A stretch of DNA of 64,000 bases from Octopus vulgaris (GCA_951406725.2 OX597817.1:141856001-141920000); one strand, 5' to 3'. Positions 11,708 to 25,495 are shown, counted from the first letter of the stretch. Translations and numbers: made by a program. Notes: generated by a model not told the origin, from the sequence alone.

Positions 11708-12980
11708 CGAGGGACGTTCAATAAGTAATGCCTCTGACCCACTTGCAGTTGTTGGATCTAGCTGAAATTTTGCATGTGCAATCATTTATATCTCTATAGA
11801 GTAGGTGGCAAATTACAGCTCTGAATTAATTGTGGTTTCTGATTTACAGGTGTTTGAACCGAGTCAAGTGTGAAATGGAGCCTGTTGAGTGTCGAGCAGT
11901 GATCCGGTTTTTGTATTTGAAAGGACGAACACCACAGGAGACTTTTGATGAAATGAAAGTAACTTATGGTGATGATGCACCATCATATGACCTTGTAAAA
12001 CTCTGGCATCGTGAATTCAAACATGGTCGGAACTCTGTGGAAACAGCTCCCGGATCTGGTCGCCCCCTTCTGCCATTGATGAGGCATCTGTCCATCAAGT
12101 TGAGGCTGCCATTTTGGAAGATGGACGCATAATTATTCGCCAAATAGCCCATGAGGTCAAGATTAGTACCGGGTCTGTGGAAACTATCATTCATGACCAT
12201 TTGCATATGAAAAAGGTGTCTGCCAGATGGATTCCCAGGTTGCTCACGCCTTTCCAGAAGCAAGAACGCGTCGAGTGCTCGAGGGTGAATTTGGAGATGT
12301 GCCAAGAAGATGAGTCAAAATTTTTCAAAAGACTGATTACACAGGATGAAACCTGGGTCCATCACGATGATCCAGAGACCAAAGCCCAGTCAATGCAGTG
12401 GAAGCACCGTGACTCACCCCCTCCAAAGAAGGCAAGGGTGCAGCCCTCCGCTGGCAAGGTCATGCTCACAGTCTTCTGGGACCAGGACGGAGTAGTGATG
12501 ACAGATTTCCTGGCAAAGGGTACCACAATTACAGGAACCTATTATGCTTCACTTTTGAGGAAATTAAGAGAAGTTATCAAAATCAAGAGGCGGGGCAAGA
12601 TCAGCAAAGGCATCCTCCTCCTGCAGGACAACGCTCCGGTCCACAACTCGCTTGTCGCCAGATCAGAAGCACAGGTGTATGGCTATGAACTCCTCCCCCA
12701 TCCCCCTACTTTCCTGACCTTGCACCCTCTGATTTTCACCTCTTCCCAGTCATGAAGTTGTTTTTGAAAGGAAAGCGTTTCCCAGATGATGCAGCCTTGA
12801 TTTCTGAAGTCACGTTCGGGTTGGAGGACCAAAAACGGTCTCCAGAGCTGCATCAACCAATGGGAGAAATGCGTAACTCTGGGTGGTTCCTATGTAGAAA
12901 AAGACTAATAACTGTGCCAAGTTTCGTTGCACTACTGCTATGGGAAGTGGGTCAGGGGCATTACTTATTGAACGCCCCTC

Positions 12981-12981
<1 letters not shown>
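11708..12981 (+). mobile_element. Near full-length mariner transposon (DD34D, irritans/Hsmar2-like)
   Basis: TIRs CGAGGGACGTTCAATAAGTAATGCC...GGCATTACTTATTGAACGCCCCTCG, TA target duplication on both sides, ~1.27 kb. Confidence 0.95.
11875..12908 (+). pseudogene. Frameshifted mariner transposase
   Basis: MEPVECRAVIRFL..., WIPRLL, ITQDETWV, SAGKVMLTVFWD, QDNAPVH, (Y)FPDLAPSDF spread over several frames. Confidence 0.92.
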
Positions 12982-13055
<74 letters not shown>

Positions 13056-13723
13056 TGACAGGCTTCTTTCAGTTTCCGTCTACCAAATCCACTCACAAGG
13101 CATTGGTCGACCTGGGGCTATAGCAGAAGACACTCGCCCAAGATGCCACGCAGTGGGACTGAACCCGGAACCATGTGGTTGGTTAGCAAGCTACTTACCA
13201 TACAGCCACACACATATATATTGATAAAAATGGGAAGACAACAAAAGAATGAAAGAAACATTGGTATTATGTAAGTAGAGAAATTTATAAAAGTAATATG
13301 TGACAATTATTCGGTAGCCATGATAAAACACCGAGTTTCGGAGTATATAGAGACGTGTGCGTGTGTGCACGTGCATGCGAGTATGTGCGTATATAGACGC
13401 GTTTTACTCATTGTGTTTTTACATATTTTCATGTATTTTTGCCTTTAGACCTGGTTTTTTGTGTATGTGTGCACATAGACATGTGTATGAACCTTTCTGT
13501 GTGCGTATATAGACGTGTGCGGGTATGCGCTATATAGGCGTGTGTGTGTGTACGTGCATACGGGTATGTGCGTATATAGACGTAGTTTACTCTTTGGTTA
13601 TTTTTATACTCCCTTATACCTATTTTCTCTATTGTTACCCTCAGCCCCGTTTTTTCTTGTGCTCGTGCGTATATAGACGCGTGTATGAACTTTTTTGGTG
13701 CGCGTGCGAGTGTGTGGGATTCT

Positions 13724-13785
<62 letters not shown>

Positions 13786-13786
<1 letters not shown>

Positions 13787-14377
13787 ATCAATAATAAAAG
13801 GGTAAAACTAATTAATTACTAATTAATTTTACCAAGTAGTGTTCAGTATGTAAAAAGACCATTTACGGTATATTAAAAACATTAAGTTATATAATTAGGG
13901 TTCAGTAAAATAATTTACTTTACCACACACCGAACTTTTAGAAATAGCAGCAAAAAAAAAAATATCTTAGCTATTTCTTCTACTATAAGAAAAATCTCCC
14001 AGATAATGCATACTCAAAAATAACTAGTACTAGCTGTCGAAGATGGTTTGTCTGGGATTACTCATATCAGACGGGTATGTTCGATTTTTAGTACTCTCAA
14101 ATCCAAATCAAAAGAAATCTTTGAGCTGACGAAGGAAATGTTGATCTTTATATTCAACTAATCCAGAAACGGCCGTTCTCAAGTAATCTTATGTACGTAT
14201 GATCTTTCGTTATTTTCCCCTCTATACCTGTGTGAGTTATTTTTAAGTATGCATTGTCTGGGAGATTTTTCTTATAGTAGAAGAAATAGCTAAGATTTTT
14301 TGGCTGCTATTTCTAAAAGTTCGGTGTGTAGTAAAGTAAATTATTTTACTGAACCCTAATTATATAACGTAATGTTT

Positions 14378-14380
<3 letters not shown>
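13786..14380. mobile_element. Fold-back element in (TA)n with a hammerhead in the spacer
   Basis: ~150-bp inverted arms 13869-14025 / 14235-14380; related fragment near 47110-47210. Confidence 0.75.
14121..14182 (+). ncRNA. Minimal type I hammerhead ribozyme
   Basis: TTGAG CTGACGA AGGA..GTTGA..TCAAC..TCCA GAAAC GGCC GTT CTCAA; stem I TTGAG/CTCAA, palindromic stem III AACGGCCGTT. Confidence 0.75.
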
Positions 14381-14425
<45 letters not shown>

Positions 14426-14429
<4 letters not shown>

Positions 14430-14870
14430 TCTGTGGTAAGTACCTTGTTTACCAACCACATGGTTCTGGGTTCAGTCCCACTAGGAGTGGCTTGGTGGTA
14501 AGTAGCTTGTTTACCAACCACATGCTTTTGGGTTCAGTCCCACTGCGTGGCACCTTGGCCAAGTGTCTTCTACTATAGCCTCGGGCCGACCAAAGCCTTG
14601 TGAGTGGATTTGGTAGATGGAAACTGAAAATAAGCCCGTCGTAAATATGTATATATATATATGCGCGTGTGTGTCTGTGTGTCTGTGTTTATCCCCCAAG
14701 CATTGCTTGACAATCGATGCTGGTGTGTTTATGTCCCCGTTACTTAGCGGTTCGGCAACAGAGATCGATAGAATAAGTACTAGGCTTACAAAAGAATAAG
14801 TCCCGGGGTCGAGTTGCTCGATTAAAGGCGGTGCTCCAGCATGGCCGCAGTCAAATGACTGAAACAAGTA
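14426..14870 (+). mobile_element. SINE family A with a duplicated tRNA head
   Basis: Partial head 14426-14482 followed by a full copy from 14484. Confidence 0.8.
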
Positions 14871-15799
14871 AAAAAAAAAAAAATATATATATATATATAT
14901 ATATGGCGAATAGTGCGGGTGAGAATATGTACGTTTCATGTGAGGGTGGATGAGTGTATACTTTTAGGCGCATGTACGTGGGTGTGCGGACTCGCATGTG
15001 TAGGTATAGGCATGCGCGCTTACGCGAATACTATGAACGTATTTTACCCCCTTACTTTTATTGCCTCCGCTTACTTAGCGGTCATTCAAATAGCTCTTTT
15101 GTCTTAATAACGGTCAATAACACAGTAATTTCTCTTTGTATAACGGTCATTTTCATAGCATTTTTTCAGATGGTCAGATAACTGAAGAGATGGCGGCGTG
15201 AATTTCCACGCCGACAATTAACAGAAAGACACAAAGACTTACTATTTCATGAAGTTATTGCCGCTATATTTGTGGGTTTATTTTTAGTTTTATTATTTTT
15301 CTGTCTGCTTGATATTTTATTGAGTCTTGTCAAAAAAGCTGACAAGAATATTTTTCTGTCTGTTTTAAGCTTTGCGGACATTAAACTGTATATTTTCACT
15401 GTAAAATATTAGATTATTATTATCATTATTATTGTTTATGTTGTTGTTGCTTTTGTTGTTGTTATCTTATTATTATTTCGGTGGTCATTGCTAACGATTT
15501 GAAAACCGAGAACAAATTATGGTTCTTGAGGTATCTAAATTTTGTTTCCTTCGATAGAATATATACAAGTGTCTAGTGACAATCAGTACTGGCGCCAACA
15601 AAAGAACAGTAATGAGTCTCAAACGTCAACCATTCTTTGGTACATACCTGTCAGGGAGAGACCAAATCAAGTCAAAACAACATGTTTTGTGATTCTTTGG
15701 TGGTATGAGAAAAAGAAAACTGTTTCTCTGAAACAAAATATTATAGCTATTGCTATATACACATTATAAGTATTATCAACGTCCTCATTTGTTCGAGTT

Positions 15800-16377
15800 T
15801 GCTTGAACATATTTAACCTGCACACGCCATCTGCATTTCTCCTGCATGAGTTGTGCGAGAAGCATTATTTCGGAGAGGAATCATGCGTTCTATAGTGAAG
15901 TGATCTACATGCATTGTGTTCAGACGACCTGTTGGAGCACGGCTATGCTTTAGCATCCATAGACGTAGCTCACCTGCCAGATCGTTTAGTTCGCCAGCAA
16001 TGTTTCACAAAGCGTTACTGCCCTTCCTTTATAATGGTGGATACAAGCAAGAGATTTCTATACACCTGTTTCTTGGTGCGATGAGTTCTCCAATATATAT
16101 ACAACAGTATTTTTATCTAAAGCTGTTTCAAGCGTGCATATTTAGGTAATTCCAGTCTGTCTAGTTTTCCTACAATCCCGTAAATGTTTAGTTTACTGCT
16201 ATTCATATTGGAGCAAGAATTTTGGGTAGATCCATCAATAAAAAAAACCCAAACAGGTTGAAATTCTTCGTTTGCCAATGTACTAGCTTTACGAGTGAGA
16301 ACCGGTGTTTTTAACAGATCTATGAGATGTTTCTCTGTCACAAAATATTACGGCCAAAACATGACAACCAACGCAGT

Positions 16378-16380
<3 letters not shown>
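15800..16380 (-). mobile_element. Decayed RTE-type LINE fragment
   Basis: Minus strand gives RFVKHCWR...LAGELRLWMLKHSRAPTGRLNTMHVD, resembling the RTE C-terminal GH-x-x-R / W-x-P / GRP region. Confidence 0.5.
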
Positions 16381-16440
<60 letters not shown>

Positions 16441-17796
16441 TGTGTTAAATATACTGTCGGTTTCATATACAACGATACGTTAATCTAAAGTTGTTTCAAG
16501 TACAATTTTAGAAGTAAGCTTAGTTTCTGTAGGCAGAAGATCGGACAGCTGCAGGTACGGGTTTCAGCCTAAGTATGCGTTACCATCACATGAGTATACT
16601 TGACTTGGCACTAGCACACATAAAACTTAGACAAGCACAAAAGGAATAGAATTTATGAACTTGGACAAAAACGAATAAAGTTCAAATAAATGACACACAC
16701 ACACACACATATATGTATATACTCTTTTACTAAACCCTCCATGATCTTCCAGTATATATCACCGTATACCTCTCTCGTATTCTCTCCAGGGCATAGAAAC
16801 TCAGTTCCTTTAGCCTCTCCCAGTAGCCTATCTTTTGCATCGTGTCAATTTTCTTTATGGATTAGCACTGGATTGCTTCGAGTTCCAGTTTGTTTCACAC
16901 TCTCTGGGGACCATAGTTGGAAGCGGTAGTCCAAGCAGCATGTATATATATATATATGTTTACATACATACAATCATATATATACATATACACATCATAA
17001 ATACACACATATATACATACATACATAATACATACATACATATGTATATAATGATGAAATGTTTCTTAAGAGAGACAGACAGGTGGGTGAGCTAATTTCC
17101 ATATTATTGTTATTTCGACGACTGATAAACATCTGGAAATATTGACTTAAACACTACATATTCGACAATTCTAACCTCTCGACCAAAATCTCATTTTCAT
17201 GCATATTCTATATTCAAGTTTTGAATTAACAATGAATATAATAAATATATTAATTATATTCCGAACGCTGGTCTTTAATTTTAATAGTCTTCCTGAATTA
17301 TTCATCTACTTAAAATATTAATTCGTTTTCATTTTTTCGCATAGATAATATGAGCGTGGCATGTTATTGAACATCTAGGAGTTGATTTACTTTAAATATA
17401 CTTCAACAGTAAACACCGAATTTATTTGTTCCTATTAACGTGTCTTTGTTACTATTAGGGATGTTAAGGTCTTGACGCTGCGAACATTCGACTACAATAT
17501 CAGCCATAGTAACGTGAGTAGCTCTAGAATCCTCGGTCGGACCTAATGATATATGTTCTGTGATAAGATGTTCTGTATTATTTGTTTCGAATGTGGCCGG
17601 AATAAATTATGCATTGAAATTAATTTTGATTAATGCAATTAGAGATAATAATTTATCGATAGCAATTCAGTTGATTATCCCTATATTTTATGTAAATTTA
17701 GTTCTTTACGCCAACTGATGTCGTTGAATTTTGCATAGTAAACAAAGCTGTAGTTTGAACAGTATTGAAACATCATTATGCGCCCTCCATACATTA

Positions 17797-17868
<72 letters not shown>

Positions 17869-17885
17869 ATATATTAGAGCAATTC

Positions 17886-18262
17886 ATGTGGAGCTATGTC
17901 AAGCAGAGTTGAGTGAAGCGAAGCTGAGTCAGGCGAAGCTGAGTCAAGTGAAGCTGAGTCAAGTAGAGCTGATGCAAGTGGATTTGAATCAAGTAGAGTC
18001 AAACGGAGCTGAGTCAAGCGGAGCTGTGTCAGGTGGGTATTAGTCAAGGGAAGCTGAATTAAGTGGAGTTGAATCAAGCGAAGCTAAGTCAAACGGAACT
18101 GAGTCAAGTGGAGTTGAGTCAAGTGAAGCTGAGTCAAGCAGTGTTGAGTCAAGCGGACCTGGATCAAGCGGAGCTGAGTCAAGCGAAGCTGAGTCAAGCA
18201 GAGCTGAGTCAAGCGGAGTTGAGTCAAGCGGAGCTGTGCTACGTGGAATTGAGTCAAGCTAA
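17886..18262 (+). repeat. 15-bp minisatellite, consensus GAGCTGAGTCAAGCG, about 25 units
   Basis: Direct tandem reiteration. Confidence 0.9.
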
Positions 18263-18961
18263 ACTGATTCTTTGACCACTGAGTTTGGAAAGAGAGCGAT
18301 TGTTTGTAAGAATTGTCTGGTATTTTTATACAGTTTAATGAACAGTTTTCTTATATAATGCAATTTTCCCAGCTAATGGATAAATAGAACAGCTTTTTGA
18401 AATTGGATGTGACTAATTCGAAATGTCTATAGCAAATTGTTTATTCGTATTGTTTCGTTATTCCTTGCGCTTTCATTTGTCGTCCGTAATTGCGAGTAGC
18501 AGTAATCTAATGCATTTGTATGCACAGTATCGAACACAGCCTTACTGGCGAATGGTCAATGACTTGAATTCAACATTGTGATTACGTTTTGAAGAGCTTT
18601 TGCTGGGCTGTATCTACTACGTATCGATAGAAATTCTGGATCAATCCTATTGGATCTTAACTTTGTCAAACTAACAACTTACTATCTCCAACATTCAGTC
18701 ATAATTACCTCTTACTTCTTGTCTGTACAATGGTGATTATTAAGGTCATTTGCATATTTTGAATGGAAAATTAAAGGCAAGTTATTGAGGTTGGACAAAT
18801 AGTTTGAACAATGATAACACTTCACTGAATATTAGTTTGAATGCAACCATAGTATCTATACATATTTTCAAGTCTCATGGCTACTTTGGCAAGACGAGCT
18901 TGGAGCAGACGTACTGTTACATGTACGTTAAGTCTTCAACAATTCGATATTCCTAGTATTA

Positions 18962-19144
18962 CAGTTTTATATTAAAGAGATGAGGAATTTTGTACATTAT
19001 TTACATTATTTACATTCGACGGATATTTTTTCTCATCCTGTTTGTTGTTAACACAACGTTTCGGCTGATATACCCACCAGTCTTCATCGGGTGTCTTGGG
19101 GAAATTTCGAAACTGGGTTCTCATTCCTAAGGTAATTTTCAATG

Positions 19145-19199
<55 letters not shown>

Positions 19200-19579
19200 C
19201 ATTCGAGGTCACTGCCTACAATCGAACTCAGACACTTGGGGTTAGTAGCCCGCGCTCTTAACCACTACGCCATATACCTGTGGCATAGTGGTTAAGAGCG
19301 CGGGCTACTAACTCCAAGAGTCCGAGTTCGATTCAAGACAGTGACCTGAATTACAATGCGAAGAAGAAGAAGAAGAAGAAGAAGAAGAAGAAGAAGAAGA
19401 AGAAGAAGAAGAAGACGATGACGACGACGATGACGATGATGATGATCGAAAAATACCTTAGGAATTTCCCCAAGATACCTGATGAAAACCGGAAGGTATA
19501 TCAGCCGAAACGTTGTGTTAACAACAAACAAGATGAGGACAAATATCTGTCAAATGTAAATAATGTAAATAATATTCCT
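18962..19579. mobile_element. Head-to-head pair of a tRNA-headed, hammerhead-containing SINE-like element
   Basis: Axis ~19280. Each arm: TGGCGTAGTGG A box, GTTCGATT B box, trinucleotide tract, GACAC CTGATGA A GGCTG..CAGCC GAAAC GTT GTGTT (consensus across copies), tail. Confidence 0.8.
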
Positions 19580-19738
19580 AGTATTGTTCAAAGGAGTAAG
19601 GTGAGTGGAGGGTATTTTCTGTTGCATAATGCAAAAGTGGTTGATTTCAATATGGAAGCAGTAGACACCAGTGATCATTTAACCTGAATTGATGCTTTAG
19701 AAAAGTGAACCTTTCTGTGAAAGCTTGTTTATTAATCA

Positions 19739-20128
19739 CTAGCAGAATCGCCCGGCGTTGCTCAGGTTTGTTTCGACCCTTTAGATTGAAATTTTTGAAA
19801 AGTAAAACTTTTGCATTATGTAGCTTGTTATTCTCTTTAAGTGAACATTTTTCTGGTTGAAATACACCGAAAAATGGCGACTCAGCAGTCAGAAAATCGT
19901 AAAAAATAGGGATTTTCATAGACAAAAAGCACATTTTGGATGTAAATAATTTTTCGTGTTAACTTGGTCCGATTTGAATTTTTTCTTCTACGGAAGGAAG
20001 AGCAAGCCTTCTTCTATCATATTCTCAATTTTCGTCAACTTGCGTCGCAGGGTCTCGGGGGAGATAGTGTTAGTTGAAGGCTACCAAGCCTGCCATACAC
20101 AGAAAACTTCAGCTTATATATAGAGAGA
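19739..20128 (-). mobile_element. Non-autonomous Helitron
   Basis: Minus strand starts A|TCTCTCTATATATAAG and ends CCTGAGCAACGCCGGG hairpin + CGATTCTGCTAG|T: 5' TC, 3' CTAG, A/T insertion site. Confidence 0.8.
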
Positions 20129-20419
20129 TTAAATGGATTCAACCGCGTTACATCTCTTGTCGAAGTCTATAATGCGTAGACAAGATTTTATTTGTCTGAA
20201 CCAGATTGGCATTTGGGTTAACTTGCGAATAGTTATCGGGATTGCTTTAGTTTCAGTATCAGTTGTCTTTCTTGGCGAAGTAAATGCTACGTATCGAAAG
20301 TTTATTATGTTGTGTACCATGTCCTCTCAAATATTCTGACGCTTGTTCGTTCAGAAACTAGAGCTGTCAGGAAATGAAATGAGAGCGACGCAATTTTCAT
20401 CGTTGCCAAGGGCAAAGCT

Positions 20420-20830
20420 ATTCTTTTATTCTTTTACTTGTTCCAGTCATTTGACTGTGGCCATGCTAGAGCACCAGCTTTAATCGAGCAAATCGACCCC
20501 ACGACTTACTCTTTGTAAGCCTAGTACTTATTCTATCGGTCCCTTTTGCTGATCCGCTAAGTTACGTGGACGTAAACACACCAGCATCAGTTGTCAAGCA
20601 ATGTTGGTGGTACAAACACAGACACACAAACGTATACATACATCTACATATATGTATATACATATATACGACGGGATTCTTTCAGTTTCCGTCTCCCCAA
20701 TCCACTCACAAGGCTTTGATCGGCCCGAGGCTATAGTAGAAGACACTTGCCCAAGTGCCACGCAGTGGGACTGAACCCGCAACCATGTGGTTGGGAAGCA
20801 AGCTACTTGCCTCACAGCCATTCCTACGCC
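20420..20830 (-). mobile_element. SINE family A
   Basis: Reverse complement of family A. Confidence 0.85.
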
Positions 20831-21455
20831 TATACAAACAATAGGTTATGTCATCGGTGATTCTTAACGTTCGGTTGATTTCTGTCTTTATTCCAGCAAA
20901 ATGTGTCTTGGGAAAAACTCAGATATAATTATGCAATTAGTGAACATCTTTGAGAAAATCTGGGAATTACCAAGTGATTTAGAAATTCACTAATCAGAGA
21001 ATAGTATGATTGTCAGACAGGATACGGACGACACTAGAAATCTTTTGTTGATTGTTTGCTTTACATTGTCTTCTTTGCAGACAGACATTTCGTTATGGCG
21101 TTTAATATATTCTGATGTTTAGTTAACAATTAAAATACTACACTGCAAAGGAGAAAAATAATGAAAAAACAAACGATTGAAATGTATGAATTTGTGTTCG
21201 ACTCAAATATACGAACAGGCTATAATTCCAGCTTGGACTTTTAATAACATACAGTGGAAAAGCAGAACCTATAAACTTTTTTTAGTAATAACTATGTGAC
21301 TCTACACACATCTGTGACTTTGGAAGATATATGTGTGTATGTATGTATGTATGTATGTATGTATGTATGTATGTATGTATGTATGTATGTATGTATGTGT
21401 GTGTGTGTATACATAATGCATACATATATCTATATAATTTTATGCGTGTCTGTGC

Positions 21456-21507
<52 letters not shown>

Positions 21508-21508
21508 A

Positions 21509-21690
21509 CGAGGTAATTTCTACTCTTCTCCTCTGGAAGCCATCTGCTCGCGATACCAGAGGGCGCACACTCTCCTACCCTGATGTAATCTCCAGGGATA
21601 CAGGCATGATCGTAATGCTATGATCGACCATGAAGTCTGGTGTAACATAGTAAATTCCATTGTCACGACAACGGTCGAACAATGATGAGT
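21509..21690 (+). mobile_element. RTE-type LINE 3' fragment within a (GTA)n tract
   Basis: Encodes EVISTLLLWKPSARDTRGRTLSYPDVISRDTG, resembling the RTE C-terminus. Confidence 0.5.
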
Positions 21691-21691
21691 T

Positions 21692-21735
<44 letters not shown>

Positions 21736-22251
21736 TTGACTGCTACAAAAGTGACCAAAGACCAGCTGGTATTATCCATACTAACTTAAACGTTCTGCTG
21801 GTTAAGATATAAACAATACATACGTCCATTTGCCAACTCTCTTTTTCTGTTCGTTCTACGAAATACATGGGCAACAAGAATCTACGCACAGTCTCAAAGA
21901 GGGTTGCTCCCATGCTGCTGTGGAGATACTCACAAACCAAAGAGAAAGTGGATAACTACGAACAAATTGCTTCGAAACTTCCTGATTATAAATTTGCATT
22001 TGTAACAATAATAATTCACGTATTAGGTTTTGGGAATAAAAGGTTAAGTGACAATTAGGATAATCTAGGTCGTTCAGAAAAAGAAGTCAATCAACTAACA
22101 CTCTCACTACAGATGCAATCTGTAAGCGGAACAGTAAAAATATGCAAAGCTTTTCTCAAATTCAAAATTTGACATCGTTTTGTATTCTGCATTCAAATGT
22201 TTGAGCATTTTGCCTTTGTCAGAAACGAGCTCATCCCTTGCAAGAAGAACT

Positions 22252-22601
22252 ACATACATGCATACACACATACATACATACATACATACATACATACATA
22301 CATACATACATACATACATACATACATACATACATACATACATACATACATACGAACATACATACATGCATGCACGCACGCATGCTTTCAGTAAAAATAT
22401 GCAAGACTTTTCCCAAGTTATGATTGTGAATTAGTCTGTGTTAACTACATCCCAAAGTTGGAGCTTTGTCTCTTTGTAGGAAACCAGCTCCCTCCTCAGT
22501 GGAAGATTTATAATAAAAACCGGAAGATAGATAGATACAAGCATACATACACACATACATACATACACGCACATACATACATTCATACATACATACATAC
22601 A

Positions 22602-22633
<32 letters not shown>

Positions 22634-22743
22634 CACACATACATATATACAACCATACATACATACAAACATACATACATGCATACATACATACATACAT
22701 ACATACACACATACATACATACATACATACATACATACATACA

Positions 22744-22777
<34 letters not shown>

Positions 22778-22780
22778 CAT
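22252..22780. repeat. (TACA)n microsatellite blocks
   Basis: Direct inspection; similar tracts at 24420-24585, 49900-50185 and 55128-55220. Confidence 0.9.
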
Positions 22781-23904
22781 AGCTTCGACTTGTTTTACCG
22801 AAAGGAAAGACGTAAAATCTAGGCGTGATATATAGGTTGCAGGTTTGGGTACAAAGCCAGGGAATTCCGGGAAGCAGGTAAGTCGATTTCAACGACGCCA
22901 GTGCTTCACCGTTACTTATTTTATCGATCCCGGAAAGCTCACAACTACAGCTTAGAACACTTACTACAGATAACTCCTGGATTTACGCAGGATTGCACCT
23001 AAGGACTTATGGACATATTTCTACAAGATCGGAAAATTGATCTGTGCACTTTTATGCTTCTTTTTCTTTCTCATTCTTCATCTCCTTATTCCTTTTCTCC
23101 TGTCCACTATGTCGTCATTTTATATAGAGAATGATTAAATGAGCAGACAAGATGTCATGGTTGGAACGCTCTTTATTATAGTCTGCTCTTTTTCTCAAAA
23201 TCCTTTTCTAAAGATCTTCCTTTTCTAAAAACTCCTTTCTAAAAATCTTTGGGTTGGAAAAAAGTACCATAAAAAGAAAACAACAAATTTTTTTGGTGAT
23301 GATTGGCAGAGAAGAGTTTTGAAAGAGCAGACCTATGCTTAAAAGCATTAAATTTCAGTCGTTCTTTATGAAAATGGGGTCTAGGTTATTACTGAAATAT
23401 CTTTGCAAAATTGACGCAAGTTGTAATCGTCTGTAGTGAAGATATTAAGTCGTACCAGGGTAGGACATTCAGGAGGGGGTGGGTTTAGAATATTGGAGTG
23501 TTAATATAAATTCTTTGCCCATTCTTCCTCGTTTATATCTTCAATTTGAACGAGTGGCGGATACTGCACGACATTCTGCAAAATTTCGTCTCATTACTGT
23601 ACGTTCCGTGCATGGAACATATACTAGCTCACACACAATTGCTGTGTTTATAAATTACACACACACACACACACACACACACCACACACACATATATGTA
23701 CATATGTATTGACGGGTAGCTCCCAAAGTTTTTTTTTTATATTCTCTCTGTTTATTTCCTAGTGTTCGTTTCTGTTGAAAAGCGTAAGCTCCAAACGCAA
23801 AAGACTTTCTCACCTTCCTGAGCGTTAAACTAATACGCCTGTTTGTTGTTTACACACCTGTATTCGTGTTTTGTTTTTCTAAAAATTCCAACTAAATATA
23901 TATC

Positions 23905-24123
23905 GCTGGTGTTACATCCCGCAATAGGTGAAAATCCGCGGAGTATAAACAGTACCGTACTGTCTATTTTTTATCGATTTTATAATTTGTATATATCTAT
24001 TTTATTATAAATGCAAAACAACACGACGAAGGAATCGACGTAAGCTTAAAAAATAAACCGCGATAGGTGAACCGTGATAGATGAACCGCGACAGTTGAAC
24101 TGCGATATAGCGAGGAATTACTG
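23905..24123. mobile_element. Tigger/pogo-like MITE end
   Basis: Ends GCGATATAGCGAGGAATTACTG|TA (TIR CAGTAATT..CTCGCTATATCGC) with subterminal CCGCGATAGGTGAA repeats; only one end visible. Confidence 0.5.
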
Positions 24124-25251
24124 TATATATCTTTTATATATTATATTTTACTTCTTTCAGACATTAGATTGCGGCCATCCGTTGAAGATTTATTAGTGTA
24201 TTGACTCGGGACCAGTGCTTATATTATTTAAAACCATGCACTTCTAATATCAGTCTTTTTTACCGACGTGCTAATTTATGGGGAAGTAAAAACATCACCA
24301 ACGGTTGTGAAGCATTGGTTTGGGACGAACGCAAACACAAAGACGCGTACGCACACGCACACACACATATATGTATATACGACAGCCTTGTATATATATA
24401 TATATATATAAAGATATATATATATGTATGTATGCATGCATGTATGTATGTATGTATGTATGTATGTATGTATGTATGTATGTATGTGTGTATGTATGTG
24501 TGTATGTATGTGTGTATGTATCTATGTACGTATGTATGCATGTATGTATGTATGCATGTATGTATGTATGCATGTATGTATGTATAGAGTATTATGTGTC
24601 ATGTACAGATATTTAATAGAGAGAAAAAAAGTCGTCAGAATTTTGGAAAAAAATCCTTTCATTTCTTCATTATTATTAACACTTTCGTTCCTTTCTAGAA
24701 CTTGTCAAATAAAATTTTATGAATGTACAAACAACTTGTTCATTTATATAAAACATTTTTTTATGTGGGGTTTATTTAGAAGTGAATATTGTTATTGTTT
24801 TCTGGGTGAGGTTCCATGAAAATGGAGATGGATAGATAGAAATATAGGTAGGTAGGAAATATAGGCTGATAGTTAGATAGATAGATAGATAGATAGGTAG
24901 GTAGACATATACGTAGAGAGAAAGAGAAAGAGAAGAGGTGTCCACCTTCCTATTCACCATTCATACATTTATTCATTTATTTAGTCTCTACCATTGTACT
25001 TGAATAGGTTTAAGGATGGTGACCTCCCCCCACCCCAAAAAAGGTACGATTTGGTCATCACTGAAAGTCATTTCGTTTTCTTTCTCTCTTCACCCTTTTC
25101 CCCCTCTTCCTGCTCTTCTTTCTTTTTTCTATAACTGTTGCTAAATGTGACTAGAGTACTAAAAAGAAACACCTATATTGCTAGAAATAAGAGCTAAAAT
25201 GTTCTAATGGTATATATATATATTATATGAACATGTATATATATGCATATG

Positions 25252-25368
<117 letters not shown>

Positions 25369-25495
25369 TAATAGTTATCGCCAAGCTAACATGGCAGTGC
25401 AGAAAACTAGGATGACGAATCGCCATGTTAGCTTGGTGATAACTATTAATATCCAGTACTGCTGCCGTAGGCTTCTTTAGAGAGATTTAAAAATA

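Larger units (their letters stand above)
11488..13210 (-). mobile_element. SINE family A split by the mariner insertion (tail 11488-11705, head 13036-13210)
   Basis: Both halves match family A and flank the mariner at the internal TA/CA tract. Confidence 0.8.

Noticed and set aside
19205-19350. tRNA gene
   Set aside because: Acceptor stem does not form well; it is a SINE head
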